64,000 nucleotides of DNA, taken from the NCBI GenBank assembly GCA_963808625.1, contig CAWEHK010000050.1:111493-175492 (forward strand), read 5' to 3'. How positions within the stretch are numbered: the stretch's first letter is position 1; each line of letters opens with the position of its first letter. The DNA comes from an uncultured delta proteobacterium (GTDB lineage: Bacteria > Desulfobacterota > Syntrophobacteria > Syntrophobacterales > Syntrophobacteraceae). A program made the translations under genes and the position numbers. Shown in pieces: positions 45,904 through 55,350 of the stretch. The notes beneath the pieces are model-generated. The model did not search any database. It saw only the letters and a list, made by a program, of their open reading frames with translations, and was not told where the DNA came from.

Positions 45904-46419
45904 ATGAAGAAGACCATATGTATTGCCATGGCCATCATGGTGCTGCTCCTCGTGAGCCCCTTCGCCGGGGACGCGACCGGGCCATACCCCGGGCGAGGAC
46001 CGGGAGGTGGCCCGGGATGGGGTCCGCGTGCGGGTCCCGGATGGGGCGGTCACGGGGGAGGACCACGTGTCGGGTCGGGATGGGGAGGCTATTGGGGAGG
46101 ACCGCGCGTCGGACCGGGATGGGGCCCGAGGTGGGGAGGCTACTGGGGGGGGCCGCGCGTTTACTTTGGTGCTCCTTTTTGGAGCGGTCTTTACCTGGGC
46201 GCTCCCTTCTGGGGCGGCTTCTATCCGTACTATGCAACGCCGCCCGTGATCGTCCAGGAAGCGCCTCCCGTGTATGTGCAACCGGCGCCGCAACCCGAGC
46301 AGGCTTATTACTGGTATTACTGCCAGAACCCTCCGGGTTATTACCCGTATGTCAAAGAGTGTCCGCAGGGCTGGACGAAGGTTGCTCCTTCTCCACCGCC
46401 CTCGGACCGACAGGAGTGA
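45904..46419 (+). CDS. Secreted Gly/Pro/Trp/Tyr-rich low-complexity protein
   Basis: Signal peptide MKKTICIAMAIMVLLLVSPFAG; GPGWG and GGYWGGPRV repeats; C-terminal YWYYCQNPPGYYPYVKECPQGW. Confidence 0.8.
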   Translation: MKKTICIAMAIMVLLLVSPFAGDATGPYPGRGPGGGPGWGPRAGPGWGGHGGGPRVGSGWGGYWGGPRVGPGWGPRWGGYWGGPRVYFGAPFWSGLYLGAPFWGGFYPYYATPPVIVQEAPPVYVQPAPQPEQAYYWYYCQNPPGYYPYVKECPQGWTKVAPSPPPSDRQE

Positions 46420-46426
46420 TGGTGCG

Positions 46427-46930
46427 ATGAATTACCGACAATGCTTTTTCGTCTCTCTGATGTTGCTGGTGTTGAGCGGGTGCGCGACGCTCCCCACCGG
46501 TCCAAGCGTGATGGTGCTGCCCGCTCCGGGGAAGCCCTTCGACGTGTTTCGGTCCGAGGATGCCACATGCAGGATGTATGCGAGCCAGCAGATAGGGATG
46601 TCACCACAGGAGACGGTCAACCGGAACACGGTCACCGATGCTGCTCTGGGGACGGTCCTCGGCGCAGGTCTTGGTGCAGCCATCGGGGCAATCTCGGGCA
46701 ATGCCGGTACGGGTGCGGCTGTCGGTGCGGGCAGCGGACTCCTTGCCGGCACCCTTGCCGGCTCCAGCAGTGGTCAGGTCTACGGATGGGAGGCGCAGCA
46801 CCGCTACGACATCTCCTATCAGCAGTGCATGTACGCCCAGGGAAACCAGATTCCGGGTATGGTCGAAAGGCGTTCGAGAACTTATGCGGCACCCCCTCCC
46901 CCGCCTCCACCGCCGTCCTCGGCATGGTAA
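46427..46930 (+). CDS. Glycine-zipper lipoprotein (YMGG-like)
   Basis: Lipobox LSGC; GTVLGAGLGAAIG..GAAVGAGSG zipper; YQQCMYAQG; poly-Pro tail. Confidence 0.85.
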   Translation: MNYRQCFFVSLMLLVLSGCATLPTGPSVMVLPAPGKPFDVFRSEDATCRMYASQQIGMSPQETVNRNTVTDAALGTVLGAGLGAAIGAISGNAGTGAAVGAGSGLLAGTLAGSSSGQVYGWEAQHRYDISYQQCMYAQGNQIPGMVERRSRTYAAPPPPPPPPSSAW

Positions 46931-47074
46931 CCCGCCATGCGACCAGTTGCCGCAACGGAGGGCGGGTTTTCCAACCCGCCCTTGAAATTCGCGGCAGGCC
47001 AACCATGCCCGCGATGGGTTGTGTCTGCGGACCTTGGAACCTGACGAGGACTGTCCATATGGTCCTGACTGCAT

Positions 47075-47262
47075 AGCGAATATCGAATATCGAACAAGGA
47101 ACCGCAGAACATCGAAGGATGGGGGAATCTTGTGCGTGGTGAGCGGCTGTTTAAATGAAAACTGGCAATGCTTACCCGTTTTTGGCAGGCATTAACGAAA
47201 CCGAGCTAAATCAGGAGAGCACTTCATCATTCGACATTCCTTGTTCGTTATTCGATACTCGC
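47075..47262. repeat. Inverted pair of degenerate heptamer arrays (CGAATAT-type) with no gene between
   Basis: GAATATCGAATATCGAACAAGGAA... at about 47078-47118 and ...CATTCGACATTCCTTGTTCGTTATTCGATACTC at about 47222-47260. Confidence 0.7.
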
Positions 47263-47293
47263 TTTTTCGCTGATTTTGAGTGAACCAATCCAA

Positions 47294-49253
47294 ATGGGCA
47301 TCGCATCCGATATCATCATCATCGTCGTCGCCGCGCTCATCGGGGGCATTCTGGCCCATGGACTGAGGCAGCCCCTGGTTCTCGGCTACATCCTTGCAGG
47401 GGTTCTTGTTGGTCCCTATACCGGCGGGGTCACGGTATCGGAAGTTCACGAATCGAACTGCTCGCTGAAATCGGCGTCGCCCTTCTGCTCTTCGCCCTCG
47501 GGCTCGAATTTTCCCTCAAGAAACTAAAACCGGTCCGCACCATTGCCCTCGTCGGCACCCCCATCCAGATACTCCTCACCATGGCTTACGGCTACGTCAT
47601 CGGCCAGGGGCTGGGCTGGGAATGGCTCCCTTCGGTGTGGCTGGGCGCCCTCGTCTCGCTCTCGAGCACCATGGTCATTTTGAAGACCCTCATGAATCAG
47701 GGCCTTCTCGGCACCCTCTCGAGCCGGGTGATGATCGGCATGCTCATTGTTCAGGACCTGGCCGTGGTCCCGCTCATGATCATTCTGCCCCAACTGAGCA
47801 ACCCCACCGTCGGGCTTCCGATTTTGGGACTGGCGGCTTTGAAAGCGGTCCTCTTTCTTGCCCTGATGATCCTCCTCGGCACGCGCCTGCTGCCTTGGGT
47901 AATGACCCGCATCGCCCGCTGGAACTCGCGGGAGCTGTTTCTCCTGGCGATTACGGCCATCGGTCTCGGGATCGGCTATGCCACCCACCTCTCGGGGCTC
48001 TCCTTTGCACTCGGGGCATTCGTCACCGGCATGGTCCTGAGTGAATCGGATTACAGCCACCAGGCCCTCAATGATATTATTCCGTTGCGGGACCTTTTCG
48101 GGCTGCTTTTCTTCACCTCGGTAGGAATGCTGCTGGACCCGTGGTTTTTGTTGTCCCACTGGCACACCATCCTGTTGCTGGTAATCCTGGTAGGGTTGGG
48201 CAAAGGGTTGCTCTTTGCCGCGCTGGCTCGCCTCTTCCGATACGGCAACGTCGTTCCCCTTGCCGTTGGCTTGGGGCTCTTTCAAGTCGGAGAGTTTTCG
48301 TTCGTGCTGGCGCGAACGGGGCTTTCGAGCGGGTCGATCTCAAAGGAAATCTACGCCCTGGTGCTCAGTACGGCCATCATCAGCATGATGCTGACGCCCT
48401 TTGTCTCCGGTCTCACCGGCCCCTCTATGCCCTGCGCAAGCGCTGGTTCCGGCACGAACCCCTGCAGACCATCAATCTCCCCGCAGCGGGACTGCGCGAG
48501 CACGTGGTGATTGCCGGGGCCGGGCGCGTCGGGTGGCATGTGGCCCAGGTTTTGCGCCGCCTGGAGCTCCCTTTTGTGCTCATCGAGCTGGATTATTACC
48601 GCTTTGAGGAAGCCAGGCGGGCGGGCTTGCCGGTAATATACGGGGATGCCAGCCACAGAATCGTCCTGGAAGCTGCCCGGATGGCGAAGGCTCGCCTGCT
48701 TTTGATCACCATTCCCGCCATCGTCCTTGCCCAGGAGATTGTTCTTCAAACCCGGCAGCTCAAGCCTGGTTTGGACATTCTGGCGCGGGCGGAAGGGGTG
48801 GAACAGATGAGAGCGCTCTACGAAAACGGGGTGGATCGAGTCATCCAGCCCGAATTGGAAGCCGGTCTTGAAATGACGCGGCAGGTGCTGCTGCATCTGC
48901 ATCTTCCGGCGACGGAGGTGCTCCAGTATAGCGATGCGGTGTGCCGCGATCTCTGCACCCCATTGCCCGGAAATGACGAGGGGTCCCGGAGCACCGCGCT
49001 GCTCCTGGGCGCCGGCAGGTCGCTGGAACTGAACTGGCTGACCCTGGAACGGGACGGCCCCTTCAACGGCCGCGCCATCGGGGAACTCGCCATCCGCACC
49101 CACACCGGCGCCTCCGTAGTGGGAGTGATGCGGGACGGCACGTTGCATCCCAATCCCGGCCCCGAATTCCGCTTTGCACAGGGGGACCGGATTGCCGTTA
49201 TCGGCAGATACGAACAGTTCAATGCCCTCGAAGAACTCGCTCGCCCCCCGTAA
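47294..49253 (+). CDS. CPA2 cation:proton antiporter (KefB/YbaL-like) with TrkA_N and TrkA_C domains; frameshifts near 47450 and 48422
   Basis: [71 protein letters not shown]. Confidence 0.9.
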
Positions 49254-49358
49254 TGCAATGCACCGCAGAGACGCAGAGAGCGCAGAGAAAACCCTTTGAT
49301 GCCCGCTGCAATGGACGTATCATTTGTTAAGACCGTCCTTGGACATTTTTCCCGCACT

Positions 49359-49471
49359 CTCGCGCAAGCACCCAAAAGGAGGGCGGGTTTTCAACGTCAC
49401 GGTCACCGTAGTGTGTGACTGCGGGTGCATTGAGCTCGCGCAAGCACCCAAAAGGAGGGCGGGTTTTCAAC
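49359..49471. repeat. Two perfect 37-bp direct repeats separated by 39 bp
   Basis: CTCGCGCAAGCACCCAAAAGGAGGGCGGGTTTTCAAC at 49359-49395 and 49435-49471. Confidence 0.85.
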
Positions 49472-49570
49472 CCGCCAAAAAACAGCCGCCCCGTTATCGA
49501 TTCACGAAAACTGAACCACCCAACCCAGCAATGGGCTTCTCTAGGGAAAGCTTCAAAAGGAGCTACGACA

Positions 49571-50083
49571 ATGATCAGTGCTGACCGAACAAAGAACCCG
49601 CAATGGTTCATCCGATCTCCTTCGCTCACTTTTATTTCTCTTCTCCTTATGGTCATGCTGGTTTTGCCAATTCCGGCCGCCTCTGAAATCAAGCTCTTGA
49701 AGGGACAAACGGTTTATGTTCCCGCCTATTCGCACATCTATCACGGCGACCGCGAACAGCCCTTCTATCTGGCCGTTACCCTCAGCATCCGGAATACTGA
49801 TCCGGTCCATCCCATCACCATTCTCTCGATTGACTATTTTGATTCCGACGGCAAACGGCTCAAAAAATTCATGGAAAATGAGGTTAAGCTCGGCGCCATG
49901 GCAACGGCAGAGTACGTGGTAAAGGAATCGGATAAAGCCGGCGGTTCCGGAGCCAACTTCATCGTCGTGTGGAAGGCGGAAGAGAAGGTCACGGAACCGA
50001 TCATCGAAACGGTTATGATCGGGAGTTCCACGCAGCAGGGCATATCATTTACTTCTCGAGGCCGGGCCATTGACGAGAACTGA
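49571..50083 (+). CDS. DUF3124 family exported protein
   Basis: GQTVYVPAYSHIY, TLSIRNTD, GGSGANFIVVW, PIIETVMIG...GISFTSRG. Confidence 0.88.
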   Translation: MISADRTKNPQWFIRSPSLTFISLLLMVMLVLPIPAASEIKLLKGQTVYVPAYSHIYHGDREQPFYLAVTLSIRNTDPVHPITILSIDYFDSDGKRLKKFMENEVKLGAMATAEYVVKESDKAGGSGANFIVVWKAEEKVTEPIIETVMIGSSTQQGISFTSRGRAIDEN

Positions 50084-50214
50084 AGACGGTTTATAGAGCG
50101 GCATATCCGGAGAACTGAAGACCGGTTCTGCAGCGGGATACGGGGAGAACTGAAATCCGGTTGTACAGCAGGACACGAGGAGAGCTGAAGACCGCTTTTG
50201 CAGCGGGATAACCG
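50075..50214. repeat. Degenerate 35-bp tandem repeat x4
   Basis: Units start GAGA(A/G)CTGAA at 50075, 50110, 50145, 50180 and align without gaps. Confidence 0.85.
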
Positions 50215-50908
50215 GTAGGTTGGGAACCCTGCGAAATAGACTGACCCTGGGGCCTCTAAAAAGGGCCAAAATCACCCCAATTTCGTTGCCCGGTTTTTGG
50301 CCCCTGAAAAATCCTCCTGAGCTAGTTCTCATCGGGAAAGTGGCGCATTGTTCTGTAGGAGGGGCTTCCAGCCCCGATCGCGGCTGGAAACCCCTCCTAC
50401 AAAATAGGGTTTCCGGATGGACACGAGCTAATATGTGGCGGGCTAGTAAGCCGGAAATTGGGGGGCCAAAAACCGCGAAAACTTTCAGAGCCAATTTGGA
50501 CGCCCCAGACTGACCCTATGACCCTATATCCTCAAACGTCATTCCGGTGCAAACCGGAATCCAGAAAACCCACATTGATGCCGGCTGTGGCCGCCATGAG
50601 GAACGGAGTTCGCACACTTGTTCATGCAGCGCGGTGCTGCGGCCCGAAAATGGGTTAAGCGGCCGGCGGCAAGAGACCTTCACCCCGTTCGGTATATTCA
50701 CCGCCGCAAACGATTCATCCCTCCTCACCCATTGCTCGGGCGCGCAACCATCGGCTTCTTCAGGTATACCCACCGTCGCACACGATTCATCAATCTCCAC
50801 ACTGTTCCCATCGTCTCTTCATATTTTCTTCACAATGTCCCGCTATGATCCGCCGCAAAGGTTGGAGCGATCGTGACCACGAACGAATGCTGCAAAGGAG
50901 AAGAAGCA

Positions 50909-51142
50909 ATGAGAGTCAAGGGAATGCTCGGGGCTGGGGTGGCGGCTCTTGTCTCTGGAAGGTGGCCGCTCTGTATGGGTGCGGGCCGCGCGGGGTCGGA
51001 GACTTCGGGTGAAGAGCAAATCAGCGGCGGCCAGGACCGAAGAAAGAGCGCCACAAGGAAGGTATTGAGAGAGGAGTTCATTGTTTTTGCCGCGGTTGCC
51101 TTGGCCTACGTGCTGGCCTGGGCAGCTTCCCGAGTTTTTTAG
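50909..51142 (+). CDS. Small hypothetical protein with C-terminal TM helix (77 aa)
   Basis: Strong SD AAGGAGAAGAAGCA-ATG, nearly the same context as the next gene; hydrophobic FIVFAAVALAYVLAWAA. Confidence 0.5.
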   Translation: MRVKGMLGAGVAALVSGRWPLCMGAGRAGSETSGEEQISGGQDRRKSATRKVLREEFIVFAAVALAYVLAWAASRVF

Positions 51143-51216
51143 CAATGAACTGTTATCACCCATGATTGAATTATGGAGACTTGATTCATTGGACGATCAG
51201 ACAAGGAGAAGAAAAG

Positions 51217-52146
51217 ATGAAAATCAAGGCACTATCAACAAGTGGTTTCGCGGTTCTGGTATCCGCGATGATTCTTGCCTTCGCCGGCACCGGCATGGCG
51301 CACTCGAGCGCCTCGAGTGATCCGGGCAGCCGGTTTATCCAGCACTTCGACAAGGATGGCGACGGCCTGGTCTCGAAAGCCGAATTTCCGGGACCCGAGG
51401 ACCGCTTCACCCAGCTTGACGCCAACAGCGACGGCTTTATCGACGCCGGCGAAGCTCCCAAAGGACCGCCTCGTCACGGCATGATGGGCGGGGGCTTCAT
51501 CAAGAAATTCGACAAGGACGGCGACGGCAAGGTCTCGCAGGCAGAGTTCCCCGGCTCAGCGGACCACTTCAAGGAGCTTGACGCCAACGGCGACGGCTTC
51601 ATCGACGGCACCGAAACACTCAAAGGACCGCCGCCTCACGGCATGATGGGCGGGGGCTTCATCAAGAAATTCGACAAGGATGGTGACGGAAAGGTCTCGC
51701 AGGCAGAGTTCCCCGGCTCAGCGGACCACTTCAAGGAGCTTGACGCCAACGGCGACGGCTTCATCGACGACACCGAAACACCCAAAGGACCGCCTCATCA
51801 CGGCATGATGGGCGGGGGCTTCATCAAGAAATTCGACAAGGACGGCGACGGCAAGGTCTCGCAGGCGGAGTTCCCCGGCCCCGCGGACCACTTCACCCAG
51901 CTTGACGCCAACGGCGACGGCTATATCGACGACACCGAAGCTCCCAAAGCACCGCCTCATCACGGCATGATGGGCGGGGGCTTCATCAAGAAATTCGACA
52001 AGGATGGTGACGGGAAGGTCTCGCAGGCGGAGTTCCCCGGCCCCACGGATCACTTCACCCAGCTTGACGCCAACGGCGACGGCTATATCGACGACACCGA
52101 AGCTCCCAAAGGCCCGCCACCGATGCGGGGAACTGGGAAAAATTAG
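51217..52146 (+). CDS. Secreted EF-hand repeat protein (10 EF-hand loops in five 162-bp/54-aa tandem units)
   Basis: Signal peptide; DKDGDGKVSQAE and DANGDGFIDxxE loops; units start 51334, 51496, 51658, 51820, 51982. Confidence 0.92.
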   Translation: MKIKALSTSGFAVLVSAMILAFAGTGMAHSSASSDPGSRFIQHFDKDGDGLVSKAEFPGPEDRFTQLDANSDGFIDAGEAPKGPPRHGMMGGGFIKKFDKDGDGKVSQAEFPGSADHFKELDANGDGFIDGTETLKGPPPHGMMGGGFIKKFDKDGDGKVSQAEFPGSADHFKELDANGDGFIDDTETPKGPPHHGMMGGGFIKKFDKDGDGKVSQAEFPGPADHFTQLDANGDGYIDDTEAPKAPPHHGMMGGGFIKKFDKDGDGKVSQAEFPGPTDHFTQLDANGDGYIDDTEAPKGPPPMRGTGKN

Positions 52147-52197
52147 GAGCGCGATACGGATACACTGTTGCGCTCGCATGGTCATTTGCTCGTTCTG

Positions 52198-52490
52198 CTC
52201 GTTCCCAAGCTCCAGCTTGGGAACGCAGGCCGGGAAGCTCCAGCTTCCCGTGCCACTTCCTTGGCGGGTGGCACTTACGTGTCTTACGAAGCTGGAGCTT
52301 CCACCACGTGGGTTCCGAAGCTGGTTTCCATCCGGTAATTCACCTGTTGCGTAGGTGCGGGCTTTACGCCCGCCCGAAATGATCAATAAATCCGGCACAT
52401 TTCGGGAGGGGATGAACCCCTCCCCTACAGTCCTAACTCAAACATGTGCGGTTTCCGGATGAACACAAGCTAGAGCTTGGGAACCAGCTT
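52198..52490. repeat. GTTCCCAAGCTCCAGCTTGGGAAC-family repeat interrupted by a MITE-like insertion
   Basis: Terminal hairpin GTTCCGAAGCTGG|...|AGCTTGGGAACCAG is split by a CATCCGG...CCGGATG element; an uninterrupted version is at about 61692-61718. Confidence 0.7.
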
Positions 52491-52825
52491 AACGACCGGC
52501 TTTCGGCGGGTTACGGCGTGACAAGACGCGCCTGACCCACCCTGCATCATCGGGTGCCGCCCTCATTTCCTCACATCCCCGTTAACCGCCTCCTTGCTAT
52601 CCGCATCTCCCTTTCTCCCTATCCCCCCCTCTCCGTATCTCCGCGTCCCCGCTTCTTGGCGTCTCCGCGTACCTGCGTCTCGGCGTCTCCGCCGTGTCTG
52701 CCCATAGGCATCAAGTCAAAGTTTTCCGGATGCAGACATGTACTGCGAATGGTGGCCGGCCCGACCATAAGGAATGGTTACCGTCAGGACGACAATGGTG
52801 TGGTAGGATTCTTCGTGGCCTTCAT

Positions 52826-53045
52826 GCCCTGAAAGGGCTTTATAAAACAGCCCTGGGTCAGCTCAGCGTTACCCTGGGATTATTAGGGGACCTGCGCGCC
52901 TTTCCTTTACCCTGAAAGGGCTGGATAGAGCGATGTGTGAGCATGATTTATGTAACCCCTTCAGGGTATTTATTCTTGCTGGGTCTGACTTCCCAGGGTG
53001 GTGCTGTCGCTGACCCTGGGCTGATCTATGAAGCCCTTTCAGGGC
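52826..53045. repeat. CCCTGAAAGGG-family long inverted repeat
   Basis: GCCCTGAAAGGGCTT...CAGCCCTGGGTCAGC...ACCCTGGGA...ACCCTGAAAGGG is mirrored by CCCCTTCAGGGT...TCCCAGGGT...GCTGACCCTGGGCTG...AAGCCCTTTCAGGGC. Confidence 0.8.
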
Positions 53046-53340
53046 GAAAAAATCAGCTTGATGCATTTGCCGTGTCTCTCGGTCTCCGCGCCCTCGCGTC
53101 TCCCCTCACAATGTCTCCGCGTCTCCCCTCATCGTGTGCTCCCGTCTCCCCTCACCGTGTCTCTCGTCTCATCTCATCGGCTCTCCTGTCTCACCTCACC
53201 CTGTCCTCGCGTTTTACCTCACCGCTCACTCCGCCTTCCGCTTCGGCGCGAGGGGGCGGGCTCCGCACTTCCGCCCCCTCTGCCTGCGCTCCAGGCTTCG
53301 TTCGCTCTCGCTTGCCTGAACCTGCCTATGATAATTCTAA

Positions 53341-53494
53341 GTACGCCCCTCCATAAATGGGTGTCCGAATGCCACTCGTCATTCCCGCTGTTCCTGGCGG
53401 GAATCCAGGCTGTGCAAATGCCCTGGATTCCTGCGAAGAGCATGCGGGAATGACGACCGGGTGATAATGGACACTTTATTCTGCCGTGCTGTAC
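53341..53494. repeat. MITE-like element enclosing a GTCATTCCCGC...GCGGGAATGAC double hairpin; related degenerate copy about 50537-50600
   Basis: Termini GTAC...GTAC flanked by TAA on both sides; internal CGTCATTCCCGC..GCGGGAATCCAG / CTGGATTCCTGC..GCGGGAATGACG. Confidence 0.7.
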
Positions 53495-53721
53495 TAAGGA
53501 TTTACCGGCAGGCAAGGCCCTGTGGCAAGGTGGAGATTTAGGAAGTGCCAAAGCAGCTCCAATTTGGGAATGAGAACGGGGGCACACTCTTTAAGAAGAG
53601 CCGTTTCACGCTCCCTCAAGCGGGATTGGCGGGGACGCAACCCAGTCCTGCCGTTTGGCCGCCGCGTTGTTTCTTGACCACAGCGTTTTGCGGGGAGAGC
53701 GGCATCCTGTGTGCATCATGC

Positions 53722-54813
53722 TCAAAAGGTGCAGAAACCATGCACCCGGTTTTCATCGAGCGTCTCGAGAAGACCCAGCACCAGCCCGAGGACGCCCAGA
53801 TAGTCATCGAGATGGATCATGCTGTTGTGGGTATGGATGTAGCGGGCGGGCACTCCGAGGACGATTGACGGCACGCCTTTTTGGTGCAAATGGAGGGCGC
53901 GGGCATCGGTGGCTCCACTCCTGCGGACCGCCACCTGGTGGGGAATTCCCTGCGCCTCCGCCAGCCCTATGGCGTACTGCACGAATTTGCGGTTCATGAT
54001 CGCGGACGGGTCCATCAGCCTGATTTGCACGCCTCGTCCCAACGCCCCCTGACGCTCCTCTTCGGCAATGCCCGGCAGATCGTCCGCCGGAGGTCCTTCG
54101 AGAACGATTGCCACATCGGGATTCACCGTAAAACCAACCGTCTGAGCGCCACGCACCCCCACTTCTTCCTGGACCGTGCCCGCTCCCCAGACCGTGTTGG
54201 GATGGGCGTCATCGCGCAGCGTTTGGAGCGCTTGAATCACCAGCGCCATCCCCACGCGGTTGTCAAAAGCCTTGCACAAGAGGAAATCCGGATTGTGCAT
54301 GGGCACAAACGGGCTGTACGGGACGATGCTGTCCCCGAGGCGAATCCCGAACCGGTCGCGCACGTCATCGGCATCGACAGCGCCAACGTCGATGAACATG
54401 TCCTCGATCTTGACAAGCTTCTCCCGCTCCGCCTCACCCAGCAGATGGGGCGGTTTGGCGCCGATCACGCCGAGGACCTCATGTCCTGCCTGTGTGAGGA
54501 CCCTCACCCGCTGTGCCGGCAGAGTATGCGCCCACCAGCCGCCGAGCGGGACCATCTTGATGAGCCCGCTCCTGGTAATGGCCTGGACCGCGAACCCGAC
54601 TTCATCCATGTGCCCGGAAAGCAAGATCCTGGGGTTTTCCGCACGGCCCCTCCTGGCGCAAAAAATGTTCCCCGTCCGGTCGGTAAAGGCATCTTTCCCC
54701 AGTTCTTCCCGAAAGATGAAACGGACACCATCTTCATAGCCCGGCGCCCCATGAGCCTCGCCAACCTTCCTCAGTAATTCACAAGCTCTCTTCTTGCGTT
54801 TCTCGTCCATCAT
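53722..54813 (-). CDS. M42 family metallo-aminopeptidase (TET-like)
   Basis: GHMDEVG, LGGWW, KPPH, KAFDNRVG, QEEVGVRGA, TDA, PARYIHTH. Confidence 0.93.
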   Translation of the reverse strand: MMDEKRKKRACELLRKVGEAHGAPGYEDGVRFIFREELGKDAFTDRTGNIFCARRGRAENPRILLSGHMDEVGFAVQAITRSGLIKMVPLGGWWAHTLPAQRVRVLTQAGHEVLGVIGAKPPHLLGEAEREKLVKIEDMFIDVGAVDADDVRDRFGIRLGDSIVPYSPFVPMHNPDFLLCKAFDNRVGMALVIQALQTLRDDAHPNTVWGAGTVQEEVGVRGAQTVGFTVNPDVAIVLEGPPADDLPGIAEEERQGALGRGVQIRLMDPSAIMNRKFVQYAIGLAEAQGIPHQVAVRRSGATDARALHLHQKGVPSIVLGVPARYIHTHNSMIHLDDYLGVLGLVLGLLETLDENRVHGFCTF

Positions 54814-54825
54814 AAACCCTTTTTT

Positions 54826-55217
<392 letters not shown>

Positions 55218-55276
55218 GTGCCGCCTCCTCCCCTAGATCCTCTTCTGAACCCTGAGTCCCTTCTTTCGAATCATGC

Positions 55277-55346
55277 CTCCTGACTCCCGTCTCCTTTCTC
55301 CTGTCTCCCGTCTCCTGACTTCTGACTCCTGACTCCTGTCTCCTGC
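55277..55346. repeat. Heptamer array CTCCTGA-type x10, inverted relative to 54826-54860
   Basis: ctcctga ctcccgt ctccttt ctcctgt ctcccgt ctcctga cttctga ctcctga ctcctgt ctcctgc. Confidence 0.9.
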
Positions 55347-55350
55347 GCTC

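Noticed and set aside
50075..50214. CRISPR array interpretation of the 35-bp units
   Set aside because: Units are contiguous and similar along their whole length, with no unique spacers and no cas genes
51217..52146. Lanmodulin call
   Set aside because: EF loops lack the position-2 proline typical of lanmodulin; loops look like canonical Ca2+ EF-hands
52554..53587. Ser/Pro/Leu/Arg-rich ORFs in the ORF track
   Set aside because: Translations of low-complexity pyrimidine tracts and palindromes; no SD or protein-like features
55233..55274. 13-codon uORF (MIRKKGLRVQKRI, minus strand) between the heptamer array and the four-helix-bundle gene
   Set aside because: Too short to support; its SD-like sequence is simply the AGGAG repeat unit
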